This document shows positions 21,577 to 30,893 of a stretch of DNA of 64,000 nt, piece after piece (within the stretch, counting starts at the first letter, position 1; each line of letters starts with the position of its first letter). The position numbers and the translations under genes were made by a program. The stretch spans positions 30,682 to 94,681 of IMG/VR virus record IMGVR_UViG_3300025430_000014; one strand, given 5' to 3'. The notes below the pieces were generated by a model that made no database searches, was not told the DNA's origin, and saw only the letters and a program-made list of their open reading frames with translations. Source of the stretch: a virus. Its lineage: Duplodnaviria; Heunggongvirae; Uroviricota; Caudoviricetes.

Positions 21577-24099
21577 TTAAAATAATTTACCTTTGAAATT
21601 AGGATTGTAATGTCTAATTATATCTATTATACTAGCATCATCTAATCCACTAAAAAATTCACTGGCTTTATCAATTGACATTCCTTTATCAATTTGTATT
21701 GGCATCCATCCATCTTTTGTTTTTATCTGAATTTTTGGAAACACTTTATTATTATTACCATACTCTTCATGAAGATCTCCCACTACAGTTATACGTTTAG
21801 CAAGTGGGAAGGCAGACTGTTGCCATTTAGCTCCTTCTGGGCTTTCATTAGCAGCATTTGTTGTACCGCCTGTCATCATCATCTCGCCTTTAATTTGAAC
21901 TGAATTGTTTGTCTGAGCTTCTGGAAGTTGGGCTATATCTGTATAACTTAATGTTCTTTTTTGAACACTTCCATCAGGACCAGTTACCCAAAGTTGTTTA
22001 GTGACACCATCATTATATATACCATATTTAAGTCCAGCTGCTACAGATTTATCAGCTAACCATGAATTTACTTTATTCTTATCCCAACTATCGTACCCAC
22101 CCACATCATGTCTATCTACCTTACTTAAAGCATCTGCTATTCCTGACCATCTTGATTGTGCAGTTGGTGAAGGGGTATCAATAGGAGTTACTGTAGGAGC
22201 ATATTGTGGAGTTTTAGAAGCAATTATTTCATTATATTTTTCATTATATTTATCAAGAGCTTCATGTCTTTTTGCAAGTATAGGATTAGTCCATGCTATA
22301 ATTTTATTTTTATCACTATTTTTATTTAATAGTAATTCTTTATCAGTAAGTCTACTTAAATCTTCTATAACAAATTCACCTTGACCCCATGCTCTTCCAG
22401 AAAGAATTTTTGTTTTAGGCTTTTGGGCAAAATCAAAAAGTTCTCTTGGTGTAAATGTAACATTTCTACCTGACTCATCTTTGATAGTAACTGATTTTTG
22501 ACCAGCTATAGATTGATTAACTTCATTTTGAAGATTCTTCATCTCAGGATCATTCTCTACTTGCTCATGTGCTGTATTCAAAACAGCAGCATTTAACCCT
22601 GCTTGTCTTCTATTTTCTAAAATAGAATTTACAGCAGCTTTGTATTCAGGACCAATTGGATTTTTAATAGGACCATGATAAGATCCATTAATCATATTTT
22701 CTACATCAGTGGGTGTAACTACAACTGTTTTATCTGGACCTAGCTTTCTAGCATTCTCTTGAATTTTTGCAGCTAGTGCTGATACACCTGCAGTTGCAGC
22801 ATTTGTATAAGTTGCCACTTGACCATTTACAATATCTTCAGGTTTTTTAACTGGTTGTTCATTTCCTCCAACAGCTACAAATGGTTCTCCTGTTCCACCA
22901 TGAGCTACCCAGAAATCTAAATCATATTTTTTTCCAGATAGTGCTTCTTCTGCTAAATTATGTCTTCTTGTTTCCTTTTGAGCAGCTGCTTTTAATCCAT
23001 AATCAGCAGTCCAATGATCTGCATCTAATATTGGATTATTTACATATTTTAATACACTTTCTTCCCAAGAATGAGAATTTGCAAATTCTTTTATAGTTCC
23101 TTCTTTATATAAATCTGCCTTAACTTGATTAGGATCTCTAGCAATAGCTGCTAGTTGACTGTTTAATTTTTGTGTTAGTTCTCCTCTATATGCTCCACCT
23201 TCTCCAATTTGTTTCTGTAATTCTGCTATAGCTGTTTTAGATTGATTAACTATATTTGCATTAGCTGAATTTGTTGCAGCATATTTCTGTAATGCTGCAA
23301 TCTTATCTGTAACTGTTTGTATACCAGCTTTATATTGATCTTGTGCATGATTAGCTAAATCTTCTGGAGTGTAGTTTCTAAACTGGTACATACCAGATAT
23401 TTGCATTTGACGAAGATCATTTGCATCAAGAGAAGATCTTATTGCATTTTCTATTTTTGCAGAAGTGATTCCTTTGAACCCATTCTCAACCATTGCCTTA
23501 GCTGTCTTATTATAATCTATATTTCCATTAGCATCAGTTGCCCAAGGAACTTCTGTATCTGAACCACTTTCATGAAGGCTTTTAAGTACCTCAATCATTT
23601 TTGGTTGTATATCTCTATGTTCTATATATCCTCCTGAATATGAAGCATTTACATCTGTATTACTCAAATAAGCATTAGCTCCTTGATCAAAAAACCAATC
23701 ATTATCAACTGAACCTTTTCCTGATTTATTGGCAGCTTGTTTATCTGAAACTCCTTGTTTTAATCTCTGTGTAGATGCAGCAGCATTTTGTACAATAGGA
23801 TCCTTGATAATAGATGTAGCCATTCCTCCTACAGAATTAACAAGCTGTTGATTAGAGAAATCTCCAGCAGCAACTGTTCTTAGATTATTACCTAAATCAT
23901 CAAGTTTTGATTGTAAATATTTTTTTTGAGACTCATTAGCAATGTCCATACCAGCCACATTATCTATCTGTGTCTGAATTTTTTGCACTCCTTGATCATA
24001 TTGCTGTTGCTTCCATTGACCCACTTCTGTCATAGCCTGTATAGGAAGCTGTGAGATGTAGGGATTAAATTGTGATATTTGATCTGTAAATGATGCCAT
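21577..24099 (-). CDS. Large virion protein (840 aa), unknown function
   Basis: Complete ORF in the structural operon; start ATG at 24099. Confidence 0.8.
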   Translation of the reverse strand: MASFTDQISQFNPYISQLPIQAMTEVGQWKQQQYDQGVQKIQTQIDNVAGMDIANESQKKYLQSKLDDLGNNLRTVAAGDFSNQQLVNSVGGMATSIIKDPIVQNAAASTQRLKQGVSDKQAANKSGKGSVDNDWFFDQGANAYLSNTDVNASYSGGYIEHRDIQPKMIEVLKSLHESGSDTEVPWATDANGNIDYNKTAKAMVENGFKGITSAKIENAIRSSLDANDLRQMQISGMYQFRNYTPEDLANHAQDQYKAGIQTVTDKIAALQKYAATNSANANIVNQSKTAIAELQKQIGEGGAYRGELTQKLNSQLAAIARDPNQVKADLYKEGTIKEFANSHSWEESVLKYVNNPILDADHWTADYGLKAAAQKETRRHNLAEEALSGKKYDLDFWVAHGGTGEPFVAVGGNEQPVKKPEDIVNGQVATYTNAATAGVSALAAKIQENARKLGPDKTVVVTPTDVENMINGSYHGPIKNPIGPEYKAAVNSILENRRQAGLNAAVLNTAHEQVENDPEMKNLQNEVNQSIAGQKSVTIKDESGRNVTFTPRELFDFAQKPKTKILSGRAWGQGEFVIEDLSRLTDKELLLNKNSDKNKIIAWTNPILAKRHEALDKYNEKYNEIIASKTPQYAPTVTPIDTPSPTAQSRWSGIADALSKVDRHDVGGYDSWDKNKVNSWLADKSVAAGLKYGIYNDGVTKQLWVTGPDGSVQKRTLSYTDIAQLPEAQTNNSVQIKGEMMMTGGTTNAANESPEGAKWQQSAFPLAKRITVVGDLHEEYGNNNKVFPKIQIKTKDGWMPIQIDKGMSIDKASEFFSGLDDASIIDIIRHYNPNFKGKLF

Positions 24100-24185
24100 A
24101 TTAGTAGAATTAGCAAATGTAATTTAAAATATTATATATACCAAGAGAAATAACTATTCCGATTAATTTGGTATAATAAGATTGA

Positions 24186-27100
24186 TTAGATAGTTTTTAA
24201 AGCTTTTACAATAGCACCATTTCTTGCAGGTTTTGTATCTTTTTTAAGCTGTGATTCAAACTGATTCACCATTGCTTTAGCTTTTTCATAATCAGCTAAT
24301 GTAGAAGGCTTACTGCTCACTTGATCCACTGAAGGGGTTCCTTCTCCTGCAGTAGGGATATTGAATGTAGCAGGACTATTTACATTATAAGCCTTTCCAG
24401 TTGTAGGGTCAAATCTAAAGTTATATTTGTTTTGTTCTACACCTGACGCTAGATTTTCTAGCTTATTTTGAGCAATTTTAGAACTGATGGAATTAAGAGC
24501 AGCAATATTTTGTTCCTTAGTCTTACTTTGAGCTGTAGCTTGTCTAACATATTGTTGATCAAGAATATTTAGATTCTGTAACTGAGCTTGATTCATTAAG
24601 TCCCTATTCTTACCATACACTTGAGCTTTCTGAGCCTGATTTGCTCTAAACTGTTCTCCTAGCACTTTATTCTTCATCTCTGCAGCACTAGCCATAATTT
24701 GAGCCTGAGCAGCAGGATTTCTTCCAGCACCTCTAATAGCAGCATTAGCCTGTTGATCTATAGAGTTTATTTGATCTTGTAAAGAAATGTTATAAGGAGT
24801 ATCTAACATAGGTTGATACGTTTGAGCTTTTACAGGTTCTACTTGATTATGACCTAGAGCATACATTTCACCCATTAACTGATTAGTATCTAAAGGCATT
24901 TGGTTAGTAGGTCTAGCAAAGTCATATATACTAGCAAGTGCTGTAGCAATAGCATTCTTTTTATCAAACTTCTTAGTACCTTTATCTTTAGTTGGACTAG
25001 CTAATCCTGGAAGATCTTCTTCTTTTGGATAAGGGTATGCAACAGGAGAAGTGGCTCCAGTAAAGGTAGTTGGTGCATTAGTATATCCTAAAGAAGGATA
25101 TGCTGGACCTCTTTTAGAACTAGCAACTGCTACATTTCCTAAGTCAGCATTTCCAAAAGATTGATTACCCAATCCCAATGCTTGCATTCTAGCATCAGCT
25201 GCATCAGCATCACTTTGAGGAGCTGATTGTGTACCAGTGTGATCAAGATAATAATCTTCTCCTATACCAATTCCATTTTGAGCCATAGGAATACTTGCTC
25301 CTAATTTGGCCATATTTTTAACCTTACCTTTCATAACATCTTGATTAAACTTATCAGAGTCTTCATAACCAAATTCTTTAGCTGTATCTAGAATAGCATT
25401 CTGAACACGAGCTGCTGCTTCTAATTTAGCTGCATTAGCTTTTTGTTTAGCTGTTGCACCCATCATCATAGCCTTGCCAGAGTTTAAAGCTAATTGATCA
25501 AATACAGTGTTATCTTTTGAACTGTTCACTATATCTGTAGCTTTATTGATAATTTGATTTTGCTTCTTATCATTTAATGCTACATCATTAGCATAATGTT
25601 TAAACTTCCTTCCTTCAGAATCTTTATCCCCTATTTCACTAGCACCAAATTGAGGAATCTTCATATTACCATACACCACTAGATTACTTCCAGTGGGACT
25701 TCCACCATCTTGTAATTTTGTAGCTGGTTCACCACCTTCCACTTCTACACCATTATCTCCATATGTAACAGGCATTCCACCATTGTCATGAGAAGGACCT
25801 CTAAACATAATAGTTTCTCCACCATGAGGTAGGAATGGATTATAAGATAGAGTTTCAGCTTTTCCACGATGTACTTGCAAATCACCACCCATAGCTAACT
25901 GTGTACCATCTTCAGCAATAGGCATAAGTCCTCTTTCTGTAGATAGAGCACTTGCACTAGGGTTTACATAATCTTCTTTAAGATGTCCACCACTTCTTAG
26001 CATATCTGCATCATGTGGAGGATGTAATAAATCTTTTAAATTGTGTTCACCAAACTTAGTGATTAGTTGTGGTTGCCATGTATGACTATTCCATTCGTAC
26101 GGAGAGGTTTTACCACCATCTTCCATAAATGAAGCATTTTGTCCTTGTATACCTTGTGCTCCTGATGCCCATGCAGCTCTCATTGCATTAGTTTGAGCTT
26201 CAGCTTGTTTAGCTTTAAGTGCGTTAGCATCTTTTGCACCACCAAGTAAATTACCTGCAACAGTACCTACAAGTTTACCAACTTCTCCACCCACTGGACC
26301 AAAGAATGCAGAACCTATAGCACTTCCCACTCCTGAACCAATACTAGCTTGTCCTGAAGATTGGAAATAGTCTCCAAACTCTGCCTGTGGTAAAACACCA
26401 CCTCTTCTATATTGTTTAGGATTACTTTCTTCTAAAGGCTCATATCCAAGATCACCATATAGATTGTTAGGAGCATATGTATTTTGTACCTGTGTTGGAT
26501 TACCACTTATTCTAGTTCCGTATTGAGCTAGATAGTTGGTGCCCACTCCTGTAGGACTTCCCATCTGTCCAGGTTGTAATAACTGATCTTCAGGTCTTAC
26601 ATATTTATTTTGCACTCTTTCTTTACGACCAGAAGCAGCTTGAAGTGTTAAACCAGAAATATCAGCAGCTTGATCAGCTTTCAACATGTTTTGTTTCTGC
26701 TGTTTAATTTGCTGAACTCCTTGTAATATTTGAGGAGCAGCATTCACTATACCAATACCAGCAGCTTCAGAACCTGCACCAAATCCTGCACCACCTTGAC
26801 CAAGAGCTCCTTGAGGACCAACGTTTGTAAGTTTATTTGCTGTACCTTTACCACCAAATATATTTGCAAACTCACTACCAAGTCCACCTTGTCCTTGTGT
26901 AGCAGTTCCAAGAGCAGTTCCTAAATTACCCCAGTTAAATCCTCCAGGAGTAGTTCCACCACCTTGAAATATAGGAAGTTCACCACCTTCTTGGAATGAA
27001 GGAGCTGTATCTATTGTTGTGAAATCTAATGAAGGAGCAGATGAACCACCACCACTAGGCATCATTTTACCTAATATAGAACCAATCTGACTACCTATAC

Positions 27101-27431
27101 CACCACTAGAAGATTTAGCATTAGCAGCATCCATAGCTGTTTGTCTAGCTGCATCTTCTTTCAATTGCTCATCGTATTGCTTTCTACTTATTCCTTGGTT
27201 TGTAGCATTTGCATTTGCTAACAAATCATTGAATCCCATACCATTCTGAGCTATAGGAGGATTACCAAAGTCTGTAAGTTGGTGTAACTGTGTGTTCACC
27301 ATCTTAGTACCCATTTCAGCTTTCTTTAAAGCTTTACCATGAGCTTTCATAAATGATTCTTCTGTAGGATATTTCTTGTAGAATTCCTTTTCAGATTTAA
27401 CTTTGGCGATCTTTAGTATTTGATCTTTCAT
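24186..27431 (-). CDS. Large Gly/Gln/Ala-rich virion protein (1081 aa). Candidate internal/ejection or tape-measure-like protein
   Basis: Complete ORF. Long Gly-rich low-complexity stretches (GGGTTPGGFNWGNLGTALGTATQGQGGLG). Confidence 0.75.
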   Translation of the reverse strand: MKDQILKIAKVKSEKEFYKKYPTEESFMKAHGKALKKAEMGTKMVNTQLHQLTDFGNPPIAQNGMGFNDLLANANATNQGISRKQYDEQLKEDAARQTAMDAANAKSSSGGIGSQIGSILGKMMPSGGGSSAPSLDFTTIDTAPSFQEGGELPIFQGGGTTPGGFNWGNLGTALGTATQGQGGLGSEFANIFGGKGTANKLTNVGPQGALGQGGAGFGAGSEAAGIGIVNAAPQILQGVQQIKQQKQNMLKADQAADISGLTLQAASGRKERVQNKYVRPEDQLLQPGQMGSPTGVGTNYLAQYGTRISGNPTQVQNTYAPNNLYGDLGYEPLEESNPKQYRRGGVLPQAEFGDYFQSSGQASIGSGVGSAIGSAFFGPVGGEVGKLVGTVAGNLLGGAKDANALKAKQAEAQTNAMRAAWASGAQGIQGQNASFMEDGGKTSPYEWNSHTWQPQLITKFGEHNLKDLLHPPHDADMLRSGGHLKEDYVNPSASALSTERGLMPIAEDGTQLAMGGDLQVHRGKAETLSYNPFLPHGGETIMFRGPSHDNGGMPVTYGDNGVEVEGGEPATKLQDGGSPTGSNLVVYGNMKIPQFGASEIGDKDSEGRKFKHYANDVALNDKKQNQIINKATDIVNSSKDNTVFDQLALNSGKAMMMGATAKQKANAAKLEAAARVQNAILDTAKEFGYEDSDKFNQDVMKGKVKNMAKLGASIPMAQNGIGIGEDYYLDHTGTQSAPQSDADAADARMQALGLGNQSFGNADLGNVAVASSKRGPAYPSLGYTNAPTTFTGATSPVAYPYPKEEDLPGLASPTKDKGTKKFDKKNAIATALASIYDFARPTNQMPLDTNQLMGEMYALGHNQVEPVKAQTYQPMLDTPYNISLQDQINSIDQQANAAIRGAGRNPAAQAQIMASAAEMKNKVLGEQFRANQAQKAQVYGKNRDLMNQAQLQNLNILDQQYVRQATAQSKTKEQNIAALNSISSKIAQNKLENLASGVEQNKYNFRFDPTTGKAYNVNSPATFNIPTAGEGTPSVDQVSSKPSTLADYEKAKAMVNQFESQLKKDTKPARNGAIVKALKTI

Positions 27432-27449
27432 ATCTTATGTTTGTATGAT

Positions 27450-30008
27450 TTATTTATATTTTTCTAACCAGCCACCTTTAGGTGTTTCAGTGACATAATC
27501 TCCATCAAATTTATATTTCTTTCCTGGTTTCATCAACTTTTTATCTCCAGTGTTACTTTCTCCTATAACATCATAATTCACTCCTTTCATTGTTATTTCA
27601 TTAGAAGGAATAATAGTAGTTTCACCTGGATGTGCCCATTGTCCCATAGGATCTATAATAGCTCCACCATGTTGATATTTATTATCAGTGGCAGCTTGAT
27701 CAGCAGCATATGCTCCTCCTGCCACCACTGGTGCAGTGGTTAAAAGTTTATTGATATTTTTAGACAGCACCTTAGTATTTTTCTCTATTTTATTAGGATC
27801 CATAATATCATACATTCGTAATGGATATTGTTCTCCCTCAGTATTTATATAGTCTTTATAATGACTTTTTATCATTTCAGGACTAATTGGATCATAAGGA
27901 TGACTGATTACTCCTTTGTTTAACATATCACTTCTTACCTCTTCTAACATTGCCATCTTTTCTTGACCACCACTTCCTTTTTCAAAATAATCTTTTGCGT
28001 CTTTTAAATAATCTTTTCCACCAAATATATTACTCTTAGAATAAGATGATACATCACCAGCATCTTTTAATTTCAAATTACGTAAGCTATAGTCAATGTT
28101 AGTTGGACTTGTATATTGTTGAAGATGACTAATTTCATGCTCTGCAATATTTTTAGCTTGTTCAGGAGAAAACCCTTCTCCTATAGAAATAACAGGACTT
28201 CTATTTGTAGTGGGTATTTCACTCGAAGGATACATTTGTTTATGAATAGCACCTGTTCCACCAAAAGGATCTACATCTTTTACAACTTCTGCTTTTTGTA
28301 AATCACCTAATAAAGATTCAGGAGTTACATTATATTTACTAAACTCTGTTAATGCTGGAGATCCTCTCCACCATTGTGTGTTAGCATTTACAAAATTCTT
28401 TAATCTAGATTGTCCTTCAGGAGTTTGTAATCTTGCTATTCTTTCATTCAATGCTTGCTTTACAACATCTATGTTTTTACTAGATCCAGAAGCTCCTGCT
28501 CCTGGAATACTTTCTTCTGATATTCCAGCAATTCTAGGTAATGCATTTTCTACACTTCCACTTCCTACAGCATATTTACCCAATGCTCCCAATCCTTCAC
28601 TTAAAGCTCCTACACCTTCAGCAGCTGCCATTGTGTTAAGAGCAAAGTTTCCTGCTTCAGCTATATTAGCTGCTGCTTTGCTAGAGGCTGCTCTATTAAG
28701 AGCACCTTCATTATAATTTCCACTTTCATCAACAGACCCACCATGTATATCTGCATATGCTTGGTTTCTAGCAGCTCTTGCAGCAGTATCTCCTTTTTTA
28801 TATACATCTTTAGAAAGAGTTGGTTGAGAAGCTATTTTATTAATTTCTTTTTGATTTTTAATATCTTGTTGTAATGCTAATCTTCTTTCTATATCAGATC
28901 TATTAAGAACTCCTGGAGAAGAGGATATATCACCTCTCATCATAGAGCCATTCTGACTAATAGTTTTAGGAGTCCAATCAAGACCTTCTTGATAGAACTT
29001 CATCTCTTGTCCATTCTGTGCAGAAGCTTTTGTCTTCTTTGCATATTTACCATTAGCTGGAGCAGAACCTGCTACTCTTCCATAACTAAATCCTACAGCA
29101 CCTGGCATGCTTCCACCCATTTGAAATTGTCCACCCCATGCAGGAGAATAGTTTCTTCCTTTTGTATTATATCCAAGTCCTACAAATCCAGGACCTGTAG
29201 AAGCAGAAGCATCATTATAATTACCATGTTTACCATAGTTATCATGTATCTTCTCTAGATTCATTCCATTCTTAGCCTTACTATTTCCTTTAGATTCTTT
29301 CTTTAACTCTTCAAACTTTTTAGTGGTGGCATCTGTCCATTGACCACCTGTACTATGTAAAGCTTTAAATGCTCTTGTCACTTTACTATGTGTAACTACA
29401 TCATCAGTCTTAGGAGCATTCTCAACAAAGTCAAAAGCTTTCTCCATTCTTTGTTTAAAGTTATCAAAAGACTCTCCACCTGGAATAGGAGTATTAGGAT
29501 GTTTTACCCAATCCTTTTCTTTAAAGCTTCCTTCAGGAGCTCCATCATATTCACCAATATCCCATGTTCTTAATAATGGATTAGTATACACTGGTAAGTT
29601 AGCAGTTTGTCCAATTACATTTGCTGTTTGTTTAGCTCTTTCTATATCACTAGTGATAACATTTTCTTTTCCTCTCTTTAATGCTTCTTTACCAATTCCT
29701 TCAGCATATTTAATTCCTTTCTTAGTTAGATCGGTGGGATTTACACCATTCTCTAATCTATCTGCAGTTGCTGTATCTTCACCATGTTCAAACACTTCTG
29801 TACCATCTACCTTCACTGGAGCAACCTTAGGTCCTTGTAATTCTCCACCTGAAGCAAACTTATCTAACCATCCTCCTTGTTTATAAGGTTTTGCACCACC
29901 AGCTATAGCACCAAAGAACTTTCTTTGCTGGTCTGTAATAGGATGTCCATGCACAGTTTTATCATGCAGGATTTCTTTAGCTTTATTTGATGTTAACTTT
30001 TTTGCCAT
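27450..30008 (-). CDS. Large virion protein (852 aa). The N-terminal region resembles the histidine-phosphatase (phosphoglycerate-mutase-like) fold but has EHGE where RHGE is expected. An HExxH motif (AEHEISHLQQ) lies in the C-terminal half
   Basis: VFEHGEDTATADRLENG ... ITSDIERAKQTANVIG ... VVTHSKV follows the RHGE / SxxxRAxQTA / H pattern of the family. HEISH is encoded at ~28125-28139. An HExxH can occur by chance in this much protein, so this is weak. Confidence 0.6.
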   Translation of the reverse strand: MAKKLTSNKAKEILHDKTVHGHPITDQQRKFFGAIAGGAKPYKQGGWLDKFASGGELQGPKVAPVKVDGTEVFEHGEDTATADRLENGVNPTDLTKKGIKYAEGIGKEALKRGKENVITSDIERAKQTANVIGQTANLPVYTNPLLRTWDIGEYDGAPEGSFKEKDWVKHPNTPIPGGESFDNFKQRMEKAFDFVENAPKTDDVVTHSKVTRAFKALHSTGGQWTDATTKKFEELKKESKGNSKAKNGMNLEKIHDNYGKHGNYNDASASTGPGFVGLGYNTKGRNYSPAWGGQFQMGGSMPGAVGFSYGRVAGSAPANGKYAKKTKASAQNGQEMKFYQEGLDWTPKTISQNGSMMRGDISSSPGVLNRSDIERRLALQQDIKNQKEINKIASQPTLSKDVYKKGDTAARAARNQAYADIHGGSVDESGNYNEGALNRAASSKAAANIAEAGNFALNTMAAAEGVGALSEGLGALGKYAVGSGSVENALPRIAGISEESIPGAGASGSSKNIDVVKQALNERIARLQTPEGQSRLKNFVNANTQWWRGSPALTEFSKYNVTPESLLGDLQKAEVVKDVDPFGGTGAIHKQMYPSSEIPTTNRSPVISIGEGFSPEQAKNIAEHEISHLQQYTSPTNIDYSLRNLKLKDAGDVSSYSKSNIFGGKDYLKDAKDYFEKGSGGQEKMAMLEEVRSDMLNKGVISHPYDPISPEMIKSHYKDYINTEGEQYPLRMYDIMDPNKIEKNTKVLSKNINKLLTTAPVVAGGAYAADQAATDNKYQHGGAIIDPMGQWAHPGETTIIPSNEITMKGVNYDVIGESNTGDKKLMKPGKKYKFDGDYVTETPKGGWLEKYK

Positions 30009-30874
30009 TATTTGTAAGAGATTTGATCTTCTGCAACAATAAACTGACTAACTAAATGAGCTGTAGAAGTGTTATCTAGAATATGTCTCACCTTTAAACT
30101 TTTTGATCTAATAGGTTCTTTCCTAAAGCTTCTCTTTCCATAATCCATATTAGCTTGATTAAGCACCTTATCTATAGACATTGATTCACAGGTAGTTATG
30201 AACAAAGGTACGTTTTTATCTCTAACAAGTCCCCAGAATGTATTATATTGATAGAAGTTATCACTCTTAGTATATGTAATAGTTTTACTGTAAGTGTTAT
30301 ATATAGGATAGTTTAAATAGCTCTGTAGGTTATTTATGGGTTTAGGAACTAATTCAAGTAGTCCTGAAGTTTGTTGACCATTGTATAGAATAGCTTTATT
30401 AAACCATTGGTCATCTGTTTCTATTCTGTTTGTTGTACTATACACTCCTTCTGTACTAGGGAAATATCTATAGGCCTTAGTGAAATCTTTTACACTTTGT
30501 AATATCTCATCATAAGATTGGAATGAGAATGGATATTCTATAATATAAGGCTCTATGTTTCCATAGTAGTTGTTATATAAAGTGATGTTAGTTAAATGTC
30601 TCCAAAGAGATGCAGTGTTACAAGGAGTGAATGTAATAGCTGCTATTTGATCTACATTAAGACTTTCAATAGACATTTCTATTATAGTCTGACATTTACC
30701 AACAGATTGTAAAACAATAATATTCACTGAGTCACTTACAGACACACTGTACCCATCTATAAGGTCATCCTTAGAGATGTTGGTACCAAGAACATTTCCT
30801 AGATCATCATAGACATCAAAAGGACCAGTTCTATAGCCAGCACAAGTTAATTTTACTATTATTGTTTTAGACAT
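30008..30874 (-). CDS. Structural protein (288 aa from ATG 30874; the track ORF starts at GTG 30913). Its N-terminal GPF module is shared with the 39419..39937 protein
   Basis: MSKTIIVKLTCAGYRTGPFDVYDDLGNVLGTNISKDDLIDGYSVSV aligns with MYTVTITFTLAGTDVGPFNLYSDADGYTTPFATGISRTALLAGYTSTV. The upstream gene ends at 30894, leaving 19 nt. Confidence 0.7.
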   Translation of the reverse strand: MSKTIIVKLTCAGYRTGPFDVYDDLGNVLGTNISKDDLIDGYSVSVSDSVNIIVLQSVGKCQTIIEMSIESLNVDQIAAITFTPCNTASLWRHLTNITLYNNYYGNIEPYIIEYPFSFQSYDEILQSVKDFTKAYRYFPSTEGVYSTTNRIETDDQWFNKAILYNGQQTSGLLELVPKPINNLQSYLNYPIYNTYSKTITYTKSDNFYQYNTFWGLVRDKNVPLFITTCESMSIDKVLNQANMDYGKRSFRKEPIRSKSLKVRHILDNTSTAHLVSQFIVAEDQISYK

Positions 30875-30893
30875 CTTTAAATTATATTTTAGA

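Noticed and set aside
28125-28139. HEISH as a zinc-metallopeptidase active site in the 852-aa protein
   Set aside because: Not fully rejected but down-weighted. A bare HExxH is expected by chance a few times in ~20,000 residues, and no downstream third-ligand motif (xxGxxH or a spaced Glu) is evident
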